Positions 30,661 to 40,045 of a stretch of DNA of 64,000 bases are shown here, piece by piece. The DNA lies in NCBI GenBank assembly GCA_965223295.1, contig CBDCWC010000003.1, positions 992,001 to 1,056,000 of the forward strand, given 5' to 3'. This stretch comes from Nitrospirales bacterium (GTDB lineage: Bacteria; Nitrospirota; Nitrospiria; Nitrospirales; UBA8639). Every line of letters begins with the position of its first letter. Within the stretch, counting starts at the first letter, position 1. The notes beneath the pieces were generated by a model. That model searched no databases and was not told where the DNA came from. It saw only the letters and a program-made list of their open reading frames with translations. Both the position numbers and the translations under genes were made by a program.

Positions 30661-32046
30661 ATGTCTGACGTCCACCAAACTTTTCGTACGCAACTCCTTC
30701 GGAATGGCCTCTTTGAAGAGGGGAAAGAAGATACTTGGCGTATTGGGTGTCAGCCTTTTGCACTCTCTACACAACAGATTCAATTTCTAAAAGAGCTCGG
30801 CCAGCATCTTTTGGCCTTTAATCAAGCAACCAATCGCTTGTATCTAGACAGCGTGAAGGGTTCGCAACCAGCCTGGATACATGAGTATTTCGACATAGGC
30901 AAACCACAAGATCTACTGGACTTCGCCCGCATGAATCGTTTCAAGAGCCATCTGCCGGGAGTTATTCGTCCAGATTTGATCCCCACGAATTCCGGGATGG
31001 TGCTGACCGAATTAGATTCCGTTCCAGGTGGGATAGGGTTAACCGGCTGCTTGAGCCAATTGTATGCGCAACAAGGATCCGAGGTATGGCCGAGCTCAGA
31101 TGGTTTCGTCACACAATTTTCCAGCATGTTGAAAGGGGCTCTCAAGAGCCAGCCGTGTAGCATAGCGATTGTGGTCTCTGATGAAGCCGATGCCTATCGT
31201 GCAGAAATGCGGTGGGTTGCTACACAACTGACTAAAAACGGATGGGAAGCCTATTGCGCGCATCCCAAAGACATTCGATTTACGGAAGAAGGGCTCTTTA
31301 TTCATCAGGACGGCAAAGATCATCAAGTTTCTCTCATATACCGATTTTTTGAACTATTTGATCTGAAAAACATTCCCAAAATTGAATTGATGACGTACAG
31401 TGCCAAAAAAGGGCGAGTCGTGATGACGCCTCCCTATAAACCCTGGATGGAAGAAAAATTGGCCTTAGCGCTATTCCACCATCCCGTGTTAGCCGCATTT
31501 TGGGAACAGGCACTTTCATCGGAGGCGAGAGAATGTCTCCAGTCGATTATTCCCTCAACATGGGTCCTGGATCCCCGCCCACTTCCCCCTATGGCCATCA
31601 TTCCAGGGGTTCGCCACCGAAATCATGCCGTGTCAAATTGGGATTGGTTAGGCGAGGCTACACAAAAAGAACGACAGTATGTGTTGAAAGTGTCAGGTTT
31701 TTCCGAATTAGCCTGGGGCAGTCGTGGGGTGTCCATTGGCCATGATCTGTCGCAGCAAGAATGGCGGAAAACCCTTTCTCATGCACTTGAATCCTTTGAT
31801 GAGGCACCGTCAATTCTTCAGTCATTTCACAAAGGACGTGTGGTTATGGTTGAATATTATGATCAGAAGTCTGGTAAAAAAACTCGCATGGAAGGACGGA
31901 TGCGGTTATCACCCTATTATTTCGTGGTGGAGGGCCAGGCCCAATTGGGCGGGGTATTGGCGACAATCTGCCCTAAAGACAAAAAGATTATTCATGGAAT
32001 GCGTGATGCGGTCATGGTTCCTTGTGGAGTCAAGAAAGAGCCGTAA
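30661..32046 (+). CDS. Circularly permuted ATP-grasp / glutathionylspermidine synthetase-like ligase
   Basis: IRPDLI...LTELDSVPGGIG, YVLKVSG...WGSRGV, ILQSF, RLSPYYF. Confidence 0.65.
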   Translation: MSDVHQTFRTQLLRNGLFEEGKEDTWRIGCQPFALSTQQIQFLKELGQHLLAFNQATNRLYLDSVKGSQPAWIHEYFDIGKPQDLLDFARMNRFKSHLPGVIRPDLIPTNSGMVLTELDSVPGGIGLTGCLSQLYAQQGSEVWPSSDGFVTQFSSMLKGALKSQPCSIAIVVSDEADAYRAEMRWVATQLTKNGWEAYCAHPKDIRFTEEGLFIHQDGKDHQVSLIYRFFELFDLKNIPKIELMTYSAKKGRVVMTPPYKPWMEEKLALALFHHPVLAAFWEQALSSEARECLQSIIPSTWVLDPRPLPPMAIIPGVRHRNHAVSNWDWLGEATQKERQYVLKVSGFSELAWGSRGVSIGHDLSQQEWRKTLSHALESFDEAPSILQSFHKGRVVMVEYYDQKSGKKTRMEGRMRLSPYYFVVEGQAQLGGVLATICPKDKKIIHGMRDAVMVPCGVKKEP

Positions 32047-32127
32047 AGGGTCAAATAGGTGAAACAGACGCCAATGAACTGAGACTGTTACAATATGACA
32101 GCACAATGTCCGAAGAACTGAAAGACG

Positions 32128-32418
32128 ATGAAACTCTACCACACAGAATGGTGCCCAGAATGCCAAGCCGTCAGGCAACTATTGGCAGAGCGTGGAGTGT
32201 CTTATGAGGATGAGATTGTGCCTGACGTCCGTCCGTTCCGAAAATCGGTCTATGAGGTCTCCGGGCAATATTATGTTCCAGTGCTGGTTGATGGAGAAAC
32301 CGTCTTAACTGAAACCGAAGAGATTATGAAATACTTAACCACATACACTCCGAATGGGCATGAACCTGGAGCACACTCCAACCCACCCCTCAGTTCTCAG
32401 GATGAAAGGAAGGACTAA
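32128..32418 (+). CDS. Glutaredoxin family protein
   Basis: WCPEC, SGQYYVPVLVDG. Confidence 0.88.
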   Translation: MKLYHTEWCPECQAVRQLLAERGVSYEDEIVPDVRPFRKSVYEVSGQYYVPVLVDGETVLTETEEIMKYLTTYTPNGHEPGAHSNPPLSSQDERKD

Positions 32419-32421
32419 GTT

Positions 32422-33546
32422 ATGGAGGATTGGAAAAAAGTTCTGGCTCAAAGCATTACCAAGCCCAAAGATTTGGCTAAACAATTGGGGGTTGATGAAA
32501 AAGAAGTGGCAGATGTAGTGGGCCCTTACCCCATGCGGATTACCCCAACCGTCCTTTCAACCATCAAAGAAAAAGGCGATGCCATTTGGAAACAAGTCGT
32601 TCCAGAGGCCGTTGAATTAGATGATATCGAGGCCCCTGATGATCCGCTAGAAGAAGATACGGATAGTCCCGTCCCACATCTCGTTCACCGCTACCCCGAC
32701 CGGGTGCTACTCATGGTGACGAACCAGTGCCCAATCTATTGCCGGTTTTGTACCCGCAAGCGGTTGGTGGGCAAGCCGGGATTTCTGAAAAAAGGTGAGC
32801 TGGATCAAGCGGTGGCCTATCTCAAAGAACATACCGAAGTGCGGGACGTGATCCTGTCTGGCGGTGATCCCTTGTTGTTGCCCGATCATTTAATCGAGCG
32901 GATTCTCAAAGCCCTGCGATCAATTCCTCATTTGGAACTCATCCGATTTGGGACTCGAGTGCCAGGAACGCTCCCTCAACGCATCACGCCGGAATTGTGT
33001 GAGATTGTCAAACGCTATCATCCTATTTATATGAATTTGCATTTCAATCACCCGGATGAATTGACCCCTGAAGTCAAATCGGCTTGTGGGCAGTTAGCCA
33101 ATGCAGGCGTTCCATTGGGAGCACAAACGGTCTTATTAAAAGGGGTGAACGATGATCCTGAAATCATGAAACGCCTCATGCATCAATTACTGTTGGCCCG
33201 AATCAAACCTTATTACTTGTACATGGCGGATCTCACCAAGGGTACTAATCATTTTCGAACTACGGTAGAAACGGGCCTCCGAATTATCCAATCCCTACAG
33301 GGCCATACCAGCGGCATGGCCGTTCCGCATTTTGTGATTGATGCACCTGGCGGTGGCGGAAAAATCCCCTTACTACCCAATGAGTATCTCCTGAATTTGG
33401 ATGAAGAGGGGGCGGTACTCAAGAATTACGAAAACAAGACCTATCATTACCCGCAACCCTCAACAGCGGATAGTCGGGAACTGCCCATGGTGAACTCGAC
33501 CGATTCGCGGGATATGTGCAGCGCGGGGGCCATGGATGATCATTAG
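32422..33546 (+). CDS. KamA-family radical SAM / PLP amino acid 2,3-aminomutase
   Basis: HRYPDRVL, CPIYCRFCTRKR, ILSGGDPL, HFNHPDE, DAPGGGGKIP. Confidence 0.94.
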   Translation: MEDWKKVLAQSITKPKDLAKQLGVDEKEVADVVGPYPMRITPTVLSTIKEKGDAIWKQVVPEAVELDDIEAPDDPLEEDTDSPVPHLVHRYPDRVLLMVTNQCPIYCRFCTRKRLVGKPGFLKKGELDQAVAYLKEHTEVRDVILSGGDPLLLPDHLIERILKALRSIPHLELIRFGTRVPGTLPQRITPELCEIVKRYHPIYMNLHFNHPDELTPEVKSACGQLANAGVPLGAQTVLLKGVNDDPEIMKRLMHQLLLARIKPYYLYMADLTKGTNHFRTTVETGLRIIQSLQGHTSGMAVPHFVIDAPGGGGKIPLLPNEYLLNLDEEGAVLKNYENKTYHYPQPSTADSRELPMVNSTDSRDMCSAGAMDDH

Positions 33547-33686
33547 GGCACCTCTACAAACTGTCCTTTTCCCCGATGGCGACGTCAGCCTCGTGCGCAC
33601 ATCCTCATGTATTGACCCATACACTGCAGTGTTCCGCGCGCCGCCTCCTTGCCCTCAGAAAAAAACCTCAGTTTGTAAAGGTGCCC
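33546..33686. mobile_element. MITE family B (141 bp)
   Basis: 18-bp TIRs GGGCACCTCTACAAACTG / CAGTTTGTAAAGGTGCCC (1 mismatch); ATTA duplicated on both sides. Confidence 0.85.
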
Positions 33687-33690
33687 ATTA

Positions 33691-34851
33691 ATGTCCGCTT
33701 CTCGTAAATCTGGCATCCTTCCCTTCCAGCAATTACGTACCTTAGTCCGCCAAGGTGCGATTCGTGCCGATAGGCCGATAACCCCGGAACAGATTCAACC
33801 CGCCAGCTTAGATTTGCGGTTGGGTACAAAAGTCTATCGATTGCTCAGTAGCTTTCTTCCCGAACCTTCTGATCAACAATCCCAATTCACCATTGATGAC
33901 CTCTATCGATCAGATTTGGTGATGTATGACATGGATTTAACCGAGGGCGCAATTCTGGAGAAAGGCCACGTCTATTTGGTCCCATTGATGGAACGACTCA
34001 AACTCCCCAAAGATATTCGAGGACGGACCAATCCTAAAAGTTCGACGGGCCGGCTGGATGTTTTTACCCGCGTGGTGACGGATCTTCATGTTGGCTTTGA
34101 TGAAATTCGTTCGGGATATGAGGGCCCATTATTTTTGGAGATTGTCCCTCGATCCTTTACCATTCGAGTCCACGCGGGGCTGGCCTTAAATCAATTACGG
34201 CTTATGTCAGGGAAACCACTGGTTTCAGACTCTGCCTTACGGACAGTTCATCGCAAAACGCCGTTGCTGTGTCACAACGGAGAGGATGGAAAATCTGACC
34301 GGCCATTGCCGCTGAAAGATTTGAGGGTTGATAATGGGTTATTTCTTCGCGTGGATTTACGAGGTCAAACTGACGAAGGTCAATCCATTGTTGGCTACCG
34401 GGCCAAAAAAAATAGCCATATCATTGACCTGAGTAAGACCGGCCACTATTCGGCCGCTGATTATTGGGAACCCCTTTATCGAAATAGCACCGCGACGATG
34501 CTGTTGGAGCCAGAGGAATTTTATATCTTGGCCTCAAAAGAACGGATTCAGGTACCTCCAGGGTATTCGTCTGAGATGGTCGCGTATGAAGCAGCCTGTG
34601 GAGAATTGCGTACGCATTATGCAGGATTTTTTGATCCGGGCTTCGGCTATGCCAATCCGACACGGAAAGGCACACAAGTGGTGTTAGAGGTTCGGCCGCA
34701 CGATGTACCTTTTCGTATTCAAGACGGGCAAACATTTTTTAAGGTCATGTATGAGCATATGCAAACCATACCCACGCAGCTTTATGGTGCATCAATGGGG
34801 TCATCTTATTCTCAGCAAGGGCTGACATTGAGCAAACATTTTAAGTGGTAA
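33691..34851 (+). CDS. dcd: dCTP deaminase (long, two-domain type)
   Basis: IQPASLDLRLG, NPKSSTGRLDVFTR, HYAGFFDPGFG, VLEVR, LTLSKHF. Confidence 0.92.
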   Translation: MSASRKSGILPFQQLRTLVRQGAIRADRPITPEQIQPASLDLRLGTKVYRLLSSFLPEPSDQQSQFTIDDLYRSDLVMYDMDLTEGAILEKGHVYLVPLMERLKLPKDIRGRTNPKSSTGRLDVFTRVVTDLHVGFDEIRSGYEGPLFLEIVPRSFTIRVHAGLALNQLRLMSGKPLVSDSALRTVHRKTPLLCHNGEDGKSDRPLPLKDLRVDNGLFLRVDLRGQTDEGQSIVGYRAKKNSHIIDLSKTGHYSAADYWEPLYRNSTATMLLEPEEFYILASKERIQVPPGYSSEMVAYEAACGELRTHYAGFFDPGFGYANPTRKGTQVVLEVRPHDVPFRIQDGQTFFKVMYEHMQTIPTQLYGASMGSSYSQQGLTLSKHFKW

Positions 34852-35276
34852 CGATGAGTTCAGAATCCGAAAAGCCTTCTTCTGACGATCCCGTGATTCC
34901 GCCAGCGCCGCCGCCGGTACGCGAAGAGGATGTGGAAGAACAAGAAAACCGTCAATTCATGGTAGCCATGAAGATGGTGGGGTCGGCCATGGTCTTCATC
35001 GGGTTTTTGCAGGTCTTTCTTTCCGTGAATACGGGCGCGGAAATCAGCATCTTTCCCATGATCATTTATTTTTCGGGGATGGCACTGTGGGCCTATTCCT
35101 CGGTAGATACGCCTGCGATTAAGTATACCGTCATTGCGCTATCACTGCTCTGCGGGATGGCGTTTATGCATTTCGGAGAAGTGTTGTTTTGGCACAAATA
35201 TATGATCTACTGGGGTACCGTCGGTATGGTGGTCTTTTTCATGTTCCAAACCCCAAAGAAACCAGCCAATTCCTAG
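34845..35276 (+). CDS. Four-TM hypothetical membrane protein
   Basis: Hydrophobic segments; overlaps the dcd stop (alternative ATG at 34854). Confidence 0.78.
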   Translation: MVTMSSESEKPSSDDPVIPPAPPPVREEDVEEQENRQFMVAMKMVGSAMVFIGFLQVFLSVNTGAEISIFPMIIYFSGMALWAYSSVDTPAIKYTVIALSLLCGMAFMHFGEVLFWHKYMIYWGTVGMVVFFMFQTPKKPANS

Positions 35277-35325
35277 CCTCAAGAAATGGTCAAGAGGTAT
35301 CAGCCCTCTCTAGTCTTTTCTGAAT

Positions 35326-35515
35326 GAGAGCGTTGAATATTACAACGCACCAGAGGCAAATTTGCCCATGATGACGTCGAGCACCAAGCGCCTCAGGGCT
35401 GTTCAAAAAAGCCCTCCAGCAAGGCCACAGCCATTTTTGTGCGTGGAGCGTACTGGCAGTACGTGAGCACAGAAAAATGGCGAGAACGCAGCTGGTGGCT
35501 TTTTTCAACAGGCCT
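35326..35515 (+). mobile_element. MITE family A (arm B), perfect TGAAT TSD
   Basis: GAGAGCGTTGAA...TTCAACAGGCCT flanked by TGAAT on both sides. Confidence 0.9.
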
Positions 35516-35518
35516 TGA

Positions 35519-36217
35519 ATGAGGATCGCGGTCATTATTCCTGTCTTCAATGAACAGGAAGTGGTGTCTTCTCTCATCAATGCACTCGTTCCGTTGAGTT
35601 TTCAGGAAATCATTATCGTCGATGGTGATAGTGTGGATGGAACGATGCAAGCGGCCAAGACCTGCTTGAATCAGTTGGGGAATCCTAATTTTAGAATCAT
35701 CTTGGGGCCAAGGGGGCGGGCCAGGCAAATGAATGTAGGCGCCGCACAGGCTACAGCCGACATTCTTCTCTTTCTACATGCTGATACGCAATTGCCGCAC
35801 AATGCAAAAGGTTTGATTGCGGAAGCTCTGTCAAATTCTAGGATAGTAGGCGGTAGATTTGATGTCCGGTTTCCTCAAGATACCGGTTACGCATGGGTGG
35901 TGAGTCGAATGATGAATCTTCGCTCCCGCTTATCAGGTATGTGTACAGGGGACCAAGCCATGTTCGTGCGCCGTTCAATATTCGAATCCATGGGAGGCTT
36001 TGCGGAGATTCCCTTGATGGAAGACCTCGAATTCAGCCGACGGCTGAAACGGCGAGGCAAGGTCGTGGCTATACAGGAAAAGGTCATTACCTCGTTTCGA
36101 CGGTGGGAACAACAAGGTCCGCTTCGAACCATTTTACAAATGTGGACCCTACGCTTTCTCTACTGGATCGGATGGGATCCTCATCGTCTTCAACAGTTTT
36201 ATCATCATGTCCGGTAA
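35519..36217 (+). CDS. GT2 glycosyltransferase (TIGR04283-like)
   Basis: IIPVFNE, VDGDSVDGT, GRARQMNVGA, FLHADT, GDQAMF, IPLMEDLE. Confidence 0.9.
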   Translation: MRIAVIIPVFNEQEVVSSLINALVPLSFQEIIIVDGDSVDGTMQAAKTCLNQLGNPNFRIILGPRGRARQMNVGAAQATADILLFLHADTQLPHNAKGLIAEALSNSRIVGGRFDVRFPQDTGYAWVVSRMMNLRSRLSGMCTGDQAMFVRRSIFESMGGFAEIPLMEDLEFSRRLKRRGKVVAIQEKVITSFRRWEQQGPLRTILQMWTLRFLYWIGWDPHRLQQFYHHVR

Positions 36218-36974
36218 GTCGGCACGAACTCGAAAGTCTGTCTCCTCGCCGCGGAGAAAGAATAGACGATATCCATCTCGGCTGCCTGCTTCAACCGCTC
36301 TCATTATATTTGCCAAAGCTCCCGTGGCAGGGGATGTCAAGACGCGGCTCTGCCCGCCCCTCACGCCAGATGAAGCGGCTAGTCTTCATGGAAGTCTTGT
36401 GTTGGATGTACTTGAACGATGTCAACTACTTGAGGGATGCGATCAAATATTGGCTAGGACTCCAACTTCAATGCATCCCTTCTTCAGTGCGATGAAGGCC
36501 CGGTTTAAGATTCCAATCTGGGAGCAAAGAGGAGATGATTTAGGGGCGCGAATGGCACAAGCCTTTCAGGCAGCCTTGGGAAATCCGTATCGGTCGGGTA
36601 TCATTATTGGCACTGATATCCCCGGTATCACCGTCTCAATGCTGTCGACAGCATTCAAGAGCCTCGAAGAACATGACGTCGTTATGGGTCCCACGGAAGA
36701 TGGCGGATACTACATGATAGGACTTAAGAAGGACGTTCCAGAACTGTTTGAAAATATTGCATGGTCCACAGACACCGTCTTTTCTGTGACGCAAGAAAAG
36801 GTTCACGCATTGGGGCTATCTCTAAAAGTTCTGCCGAAGCTGCGCGACTTGGATACGGAAGAAGATCTCCATGTTTTTATTCAAGACTCAAAACATCCAA
36901 AGAACCAGACTTTCTCTGACCGGACTAAGAAGGTGTTACAAGAATTAGAAAAACGCGTTGCCACCCGTCAGTAA
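36207..36974 (+). CDS. TIGR04282 / DUF2064 family transferase
   Basis: IFAKAPVAGDVKTRL, QRGDDLGARM, IGTDIP, GPTEDGGYY, DLDTEEDL. Confidence 0.9.
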   Translation: MSGKSARTRKSVSSPRRKNRRYPSRLPASTALIIFAKAPVAGDVKTRLCPPLTPDEAASLHGSLVLDVLERCQLLEGCDQILARTPTSMHPFFSAMKARFKIPIWEQRGDDLGARMAQAFQAALGNPYRSGIIIGTDIPGITVSMLSTAFKSLEEHDVVMGPTEDGGYYMIGLKKDVPELFENIAWSTDTVFSVTQEKVHALGLSLKVLPKLRDLDTEEDLHVFIQDSKHPKNQTFSDRTKKVLQELEKRVATRQ

Positions 36975-37110
36975 ATATTCCGGCTTTACACGTAATCTGG
37001 CCTCTTCTCCCTTTTAGGGCTTGGCCTCGAAGAGAGGACAAGGTTTGGGTGAGGGTAAAAAAGTCCGCCACTATAATAGATAGTGTCTGTGAACCAAAAG
37101 GATAAAAAAT

Positions 37111-37845
37111 ATGCCTGAACGCGTAGCCTTAGTTACTGGTGGAGCCCGAGGCATTGGCCGTGGAGTCGCTCTGGATCTCGCTAAGGAAGGCTGGAGGATT
37201 GCTATCTGTTACCGCACGAGCCAGCGAGAAGCTCAAGAGGTCACGAAAAATATTGAAGAGCAAGGTGGAAAAGCTCTGGCCCTTCAATCTGATGTGTCAA
37301 AGCCAGAGGAAGCCACCGCTCTTGTGCAAGAGGTTGAAAAGACCTATGGCCGGATTGATGCTCTTATTAATGGAGCTGGACCGTATCACCGTGTTCCGCT
37401 TTTGGAGGAAACTCCAGAAGGCTGGGCAGAAATGTTAACGAATAATCTCGATCCAATTTTTTATCTAGCTAAGGCTGTAGCCCCAGGAATGCAAGTTAGA
37501 AAATACGGACGAATCATTTCGTTTGGCATGGCCAATGCGGACAAGATGGAAGCCCAACCCCATGTCACAGCACATTATATCGCCAAAGCCGGCGTCCTCA
37601 TTCTCACGAGGACACTGGCCAAGCTATTGGCACCGCATGGTATTACCGTCAATGCTATTTCCCCAGGATTTGTAGATTCGGACAGCGCTCCGCCAGAAGA
37701 ATTAGCCGGAATGACCAAGAAAATTCCTGCCGGCTACATCGGCGGAGTCCAAGATGCCGTGCAAGCTGTGCGGTATTTCCTTTCTGAGGATGCTCGCTAC
37801 GTGACAGGAGCCAATCTGCACCTCAGCGGCGGCTGGGGAATCTAA
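37111..37845 (+). CDS. SDR family oxidoreductase
   Basis: VTGGARGIG, YIAK, NAISPG. Confidence 0.93.
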   Translation: MPERVALVTGGARGIGRGVALDLAKEGWRIAICYRTSQREAQEVTKNIEEQGGKALALQSDVSKPEEATALVQEVEKTYGRIDALINGAGPYHRVPLLEETPEGWAEMLTNNLDPIFYLAKAVAPGMQVRKYGRIISFGMANADKMEAQPHVTAHYIAKAGVLILTRTLAKLLAPHGITVNAISPGFVDSDSAPPEELAGMTKKIPAGYIGGVQDAVQAVRYFLSEDARYVTGANLHLSGGWGI

Positions 37846-37905
37846 GGCGATCAACAGTGCAAGAATGTCAGTCATTCACGAAATCTTTTATCGGGAATCT
37901 ATCTT
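37716..37905 (+). repeat. Direct repeat copy 1 (SDR 3' end plus REP-like hairpin)
   Basis: About 190 bp, aligns with 38530-38716. Confidence 0.92.
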
Positions 37906-38050
37906 GTGTATTTGTCTCCAAAATCGGTAGTAGACAATGTACATCGAATGTGGTTGTCCAGATAAACCTTCCGCAAGTTTTGGCTTACCCGTCTTATGAT
38001 GGGGGAAGACGTTACTTGCAAAAAATACCGATAAAAATTATCATGTTTCT

Positions 38051-38251
38051 ATGGATACCGTTGAAGAAATAAAGAGAGCTATTCAGACACTCACAGATGA
38101 ACAGCGAAGAGAACTGGAAACTTGGTGGCATCCCGCCTATGATGATTGGGATCTTCAGATGGATTTAGACGCAAAAGCCAGAAAGTTTGACGCTTTGTCA
38201 GACCAAGCATTGAAGGATTTTCGTACTGGCAATTGTGACGAATTTCCATGA
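38051..38251 (+). CDS. Putative antitoxin of a RelE/ParE-like module
   Basis: VEEIKRAIQTL...WDLQMDLDAKARKFDAL; ATGA overlap with the toxin. Confidence 0.72.
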   Translation: MDTVEEIKRAIQTLTDEQRRELETWWHPAYDDWDLQMDLDAKARKFDALSDQALKDFRTGNCDEFP

Positions 38252-38498
38252 AGAGTGTTCGGTCACCCGATTTTCGAAAGCTCTTCGAAAACCTGCCTAA
38301 AGATATTCAAACTCTCGCTACAGAAAAATATACACTTTGGAAGTCGGATCCCCGTCACCTTTCCCCTCATTTAAACCTGTTGGTAAGTATTGGTCAGTGA
38401 GAATCACTTGAGAGTACAGAGCCTTATGTGTACTTTCGGGAGAAACCTGTATTTGGTTTTGGATTGGTACCCACAGTGATTACAACAAGATTGTATAG
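38248..38498 (+). pseudogene. RelE/ParE-like toxin pseudogene
   Basis: MKSVRSPDFRKLFENLPKDIQ...DPRHLS/frameshift/KYWSVRIT*EYRAL...WFWIGTHSDYNK. Confidence 0.8.
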
Positions 38499-38529
38499 GG
38501 TATTCCCAGAAATCAGAGCTTTCCAAGTT

Positions 38530-38716
38530 CAAGAAAATTCCCGCCGGCTACATCGGTGGCGTTTATGATGCCGTCCAAGCTGTGCGGTATTTCCTTTCTG
38601 AGGATGCTCGTTATGTGACGGGAGCCAACCTACACCTCAGCGGCGGGGAATCTAAGGCGATACAACGGTGCAAGAATGTCAGTCATTCCCGAAATCTTTT
38701 ATCGGGAATCCATCTT
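38530..38716 (+). repeat. Direct repeat copy 2 (orphan SDR 3' end)
   Basis: KKIPAGYIGGVYDAVQAVRYFLSEDARYVTGANLHLSG, then GTCATTCCCGAAATCTTTTATCGGGAATCC. Confidence 0.92.
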
Positions 38717-38840
38717 TATTTGGTTTTTTAAACTGTTCTTAGGTAAAGCATGTTCAAGGTATGCACTCAAATGTGGAATTCACAAGATTCAAGGAAATTC
38801 GCGTTCTCAAAGTGGTCAGAAGACGATTCATCTATGGGAT

Positions 38841-39140
38841 TCATGTAAGGTGACGTACATAGTCCATAGATTTATGAAGAACCCGAATAACAAGAATACC
38901 GTTAGTAGAGGGAGTATAAAATATAACGTGGGCGGCGATGTTGTAAGCATGAAGATTTGTGCTGACTCGACTGTAGTCTCGCCCGAGTTGGTGATGATTT
39001 GCCAGTGATTCAAAAGCCCTGTTGATCTCCGAAAGGTATGTTTCTGCGCGAGCAACGCCCCATTGTTCGAGGCTGTATCTGTAAATGTCTTCCAAGTCGT
39101 GTAGCGCTCTCGGCCGTAACTGAATCGACCTATTCGACAT
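38841..39140 (-). CDS. parE: ParE toxin
   Basis: ALHDLEDIYRYSLEQWGVARAETY...HVIFY...IRVLHKSMD. Confidence 0.9.
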   Translation of the reverse strand: MSNRSIQLRPRALHDLEDIYRYSLEQWGVARAETYLSEINRAFESLANHHQLGRDYSRVSTNLHAYNIAAHVIFYTPSTNGILVIRVLHKSMDYVRHLT

Positions 39141-39381
39141 AATACTTTTTTCTCATGTCTCCCAAGAATTCCTCCAAGGCAAATCTGACAGGTTCCCCGC
39201 TTTGTTCGCCTTCTTCGATTAGGCGGCGGAGGGCTTTCAGTTTTGTATCGTCTTCTTCCAGTCGTCGGATGCCAGCCCGTATCAACTCTGATTGGGTTTT
39301 GTAGCTACCTTCTTGAAGTTGCCCTGCGATAAACTGTGCATCCTGGTCACTGGGTTCAAAGGTAATAGTATGTTGTTTCAT
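39130..39381 (-). CDS. parD: ParD antitoxin (RHH)
   Basis: GSYKTQSELIRAGIRRLEE...LRRLIEEGEQSG; palindrome TATAAGA-atata-TCTTATA upstream. Confidence 0.9.
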   Translation of the reverse strand: MKQHTITFEPSDQDAQFIAGQLQEGSYKTQSELIRAGIRRLEEDDTKLKALRRLIEEGEQSGEPVRFALEEFLGDMRKKYYVE

Positions 39382-39802
39382 GACCTCTCCTATTTATAAG
39401 AATATATCTTATATTACTGTATCGCACATTCACAAGACAGGCAACTTTTTTACCTCTTAGTTTCTCAGTTCGGTTTCAAGTTATATATTGTGACGCCGGG
39501 TTTCGGTAAAAGTAGCCAAAACTCATAGACGCCCTGTTCAGTGAAGTTTAAGTAGGGCGGACGCAAGCCAACAGAGGGCGGATTAACTCACTTGGCTCAG
39601 AAAAGATCCATCGAATTCAAAGAGTGTCCGCCCCGAGGGTCAAACAGCAGGCGTTGTCGAAGGAGAAATAGAACGTTGTATGACAAGACCTGAAACCAAA
39701 TGTTTTTATCTGGTCAGCAAGATTTTCAGGAATTTTGAGCCTTCTCATTCGCATAATATTAGTATATACTTTTAGTATTACTATGTTAAGGAGAGCAAGC
39801 TG

Positions 39803-40045
39803 ATGAGTAAAGTATTGTCACTGAAATTAGATGAGACAGAGTTTCAGCAAACTGAAAAGATTCGGAAACGTCTTAAACTCCCTCGCAATACCTATATTCG
39901 TAAAGCACTGGACCACTTTAACGCCTTATATACAAGGAAAGGTTTAGCACAAGACTATCAGAAAGCCTCCAAACGATTAGCCGTTGGACATCTTGCCTAT
40001 TTACAAGAAACAGAATTATTGGATGATCTGCCTGAAAAGATATGA
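39803..40045 (+). CDS. RHH-type antitoxin of a MazF/PemK module
   Basis: LSLKLD...PRNTYIRKAL; ATGA overlap with the toxin. Confidence 0.8.
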   Translation: MSKVLSLKLDETEFQQTEKIRKRLKLPRNTYIRKALDHFNALYTRKGLAQDYQKASKRLAVGHLAYLQETELLDDLPEKI

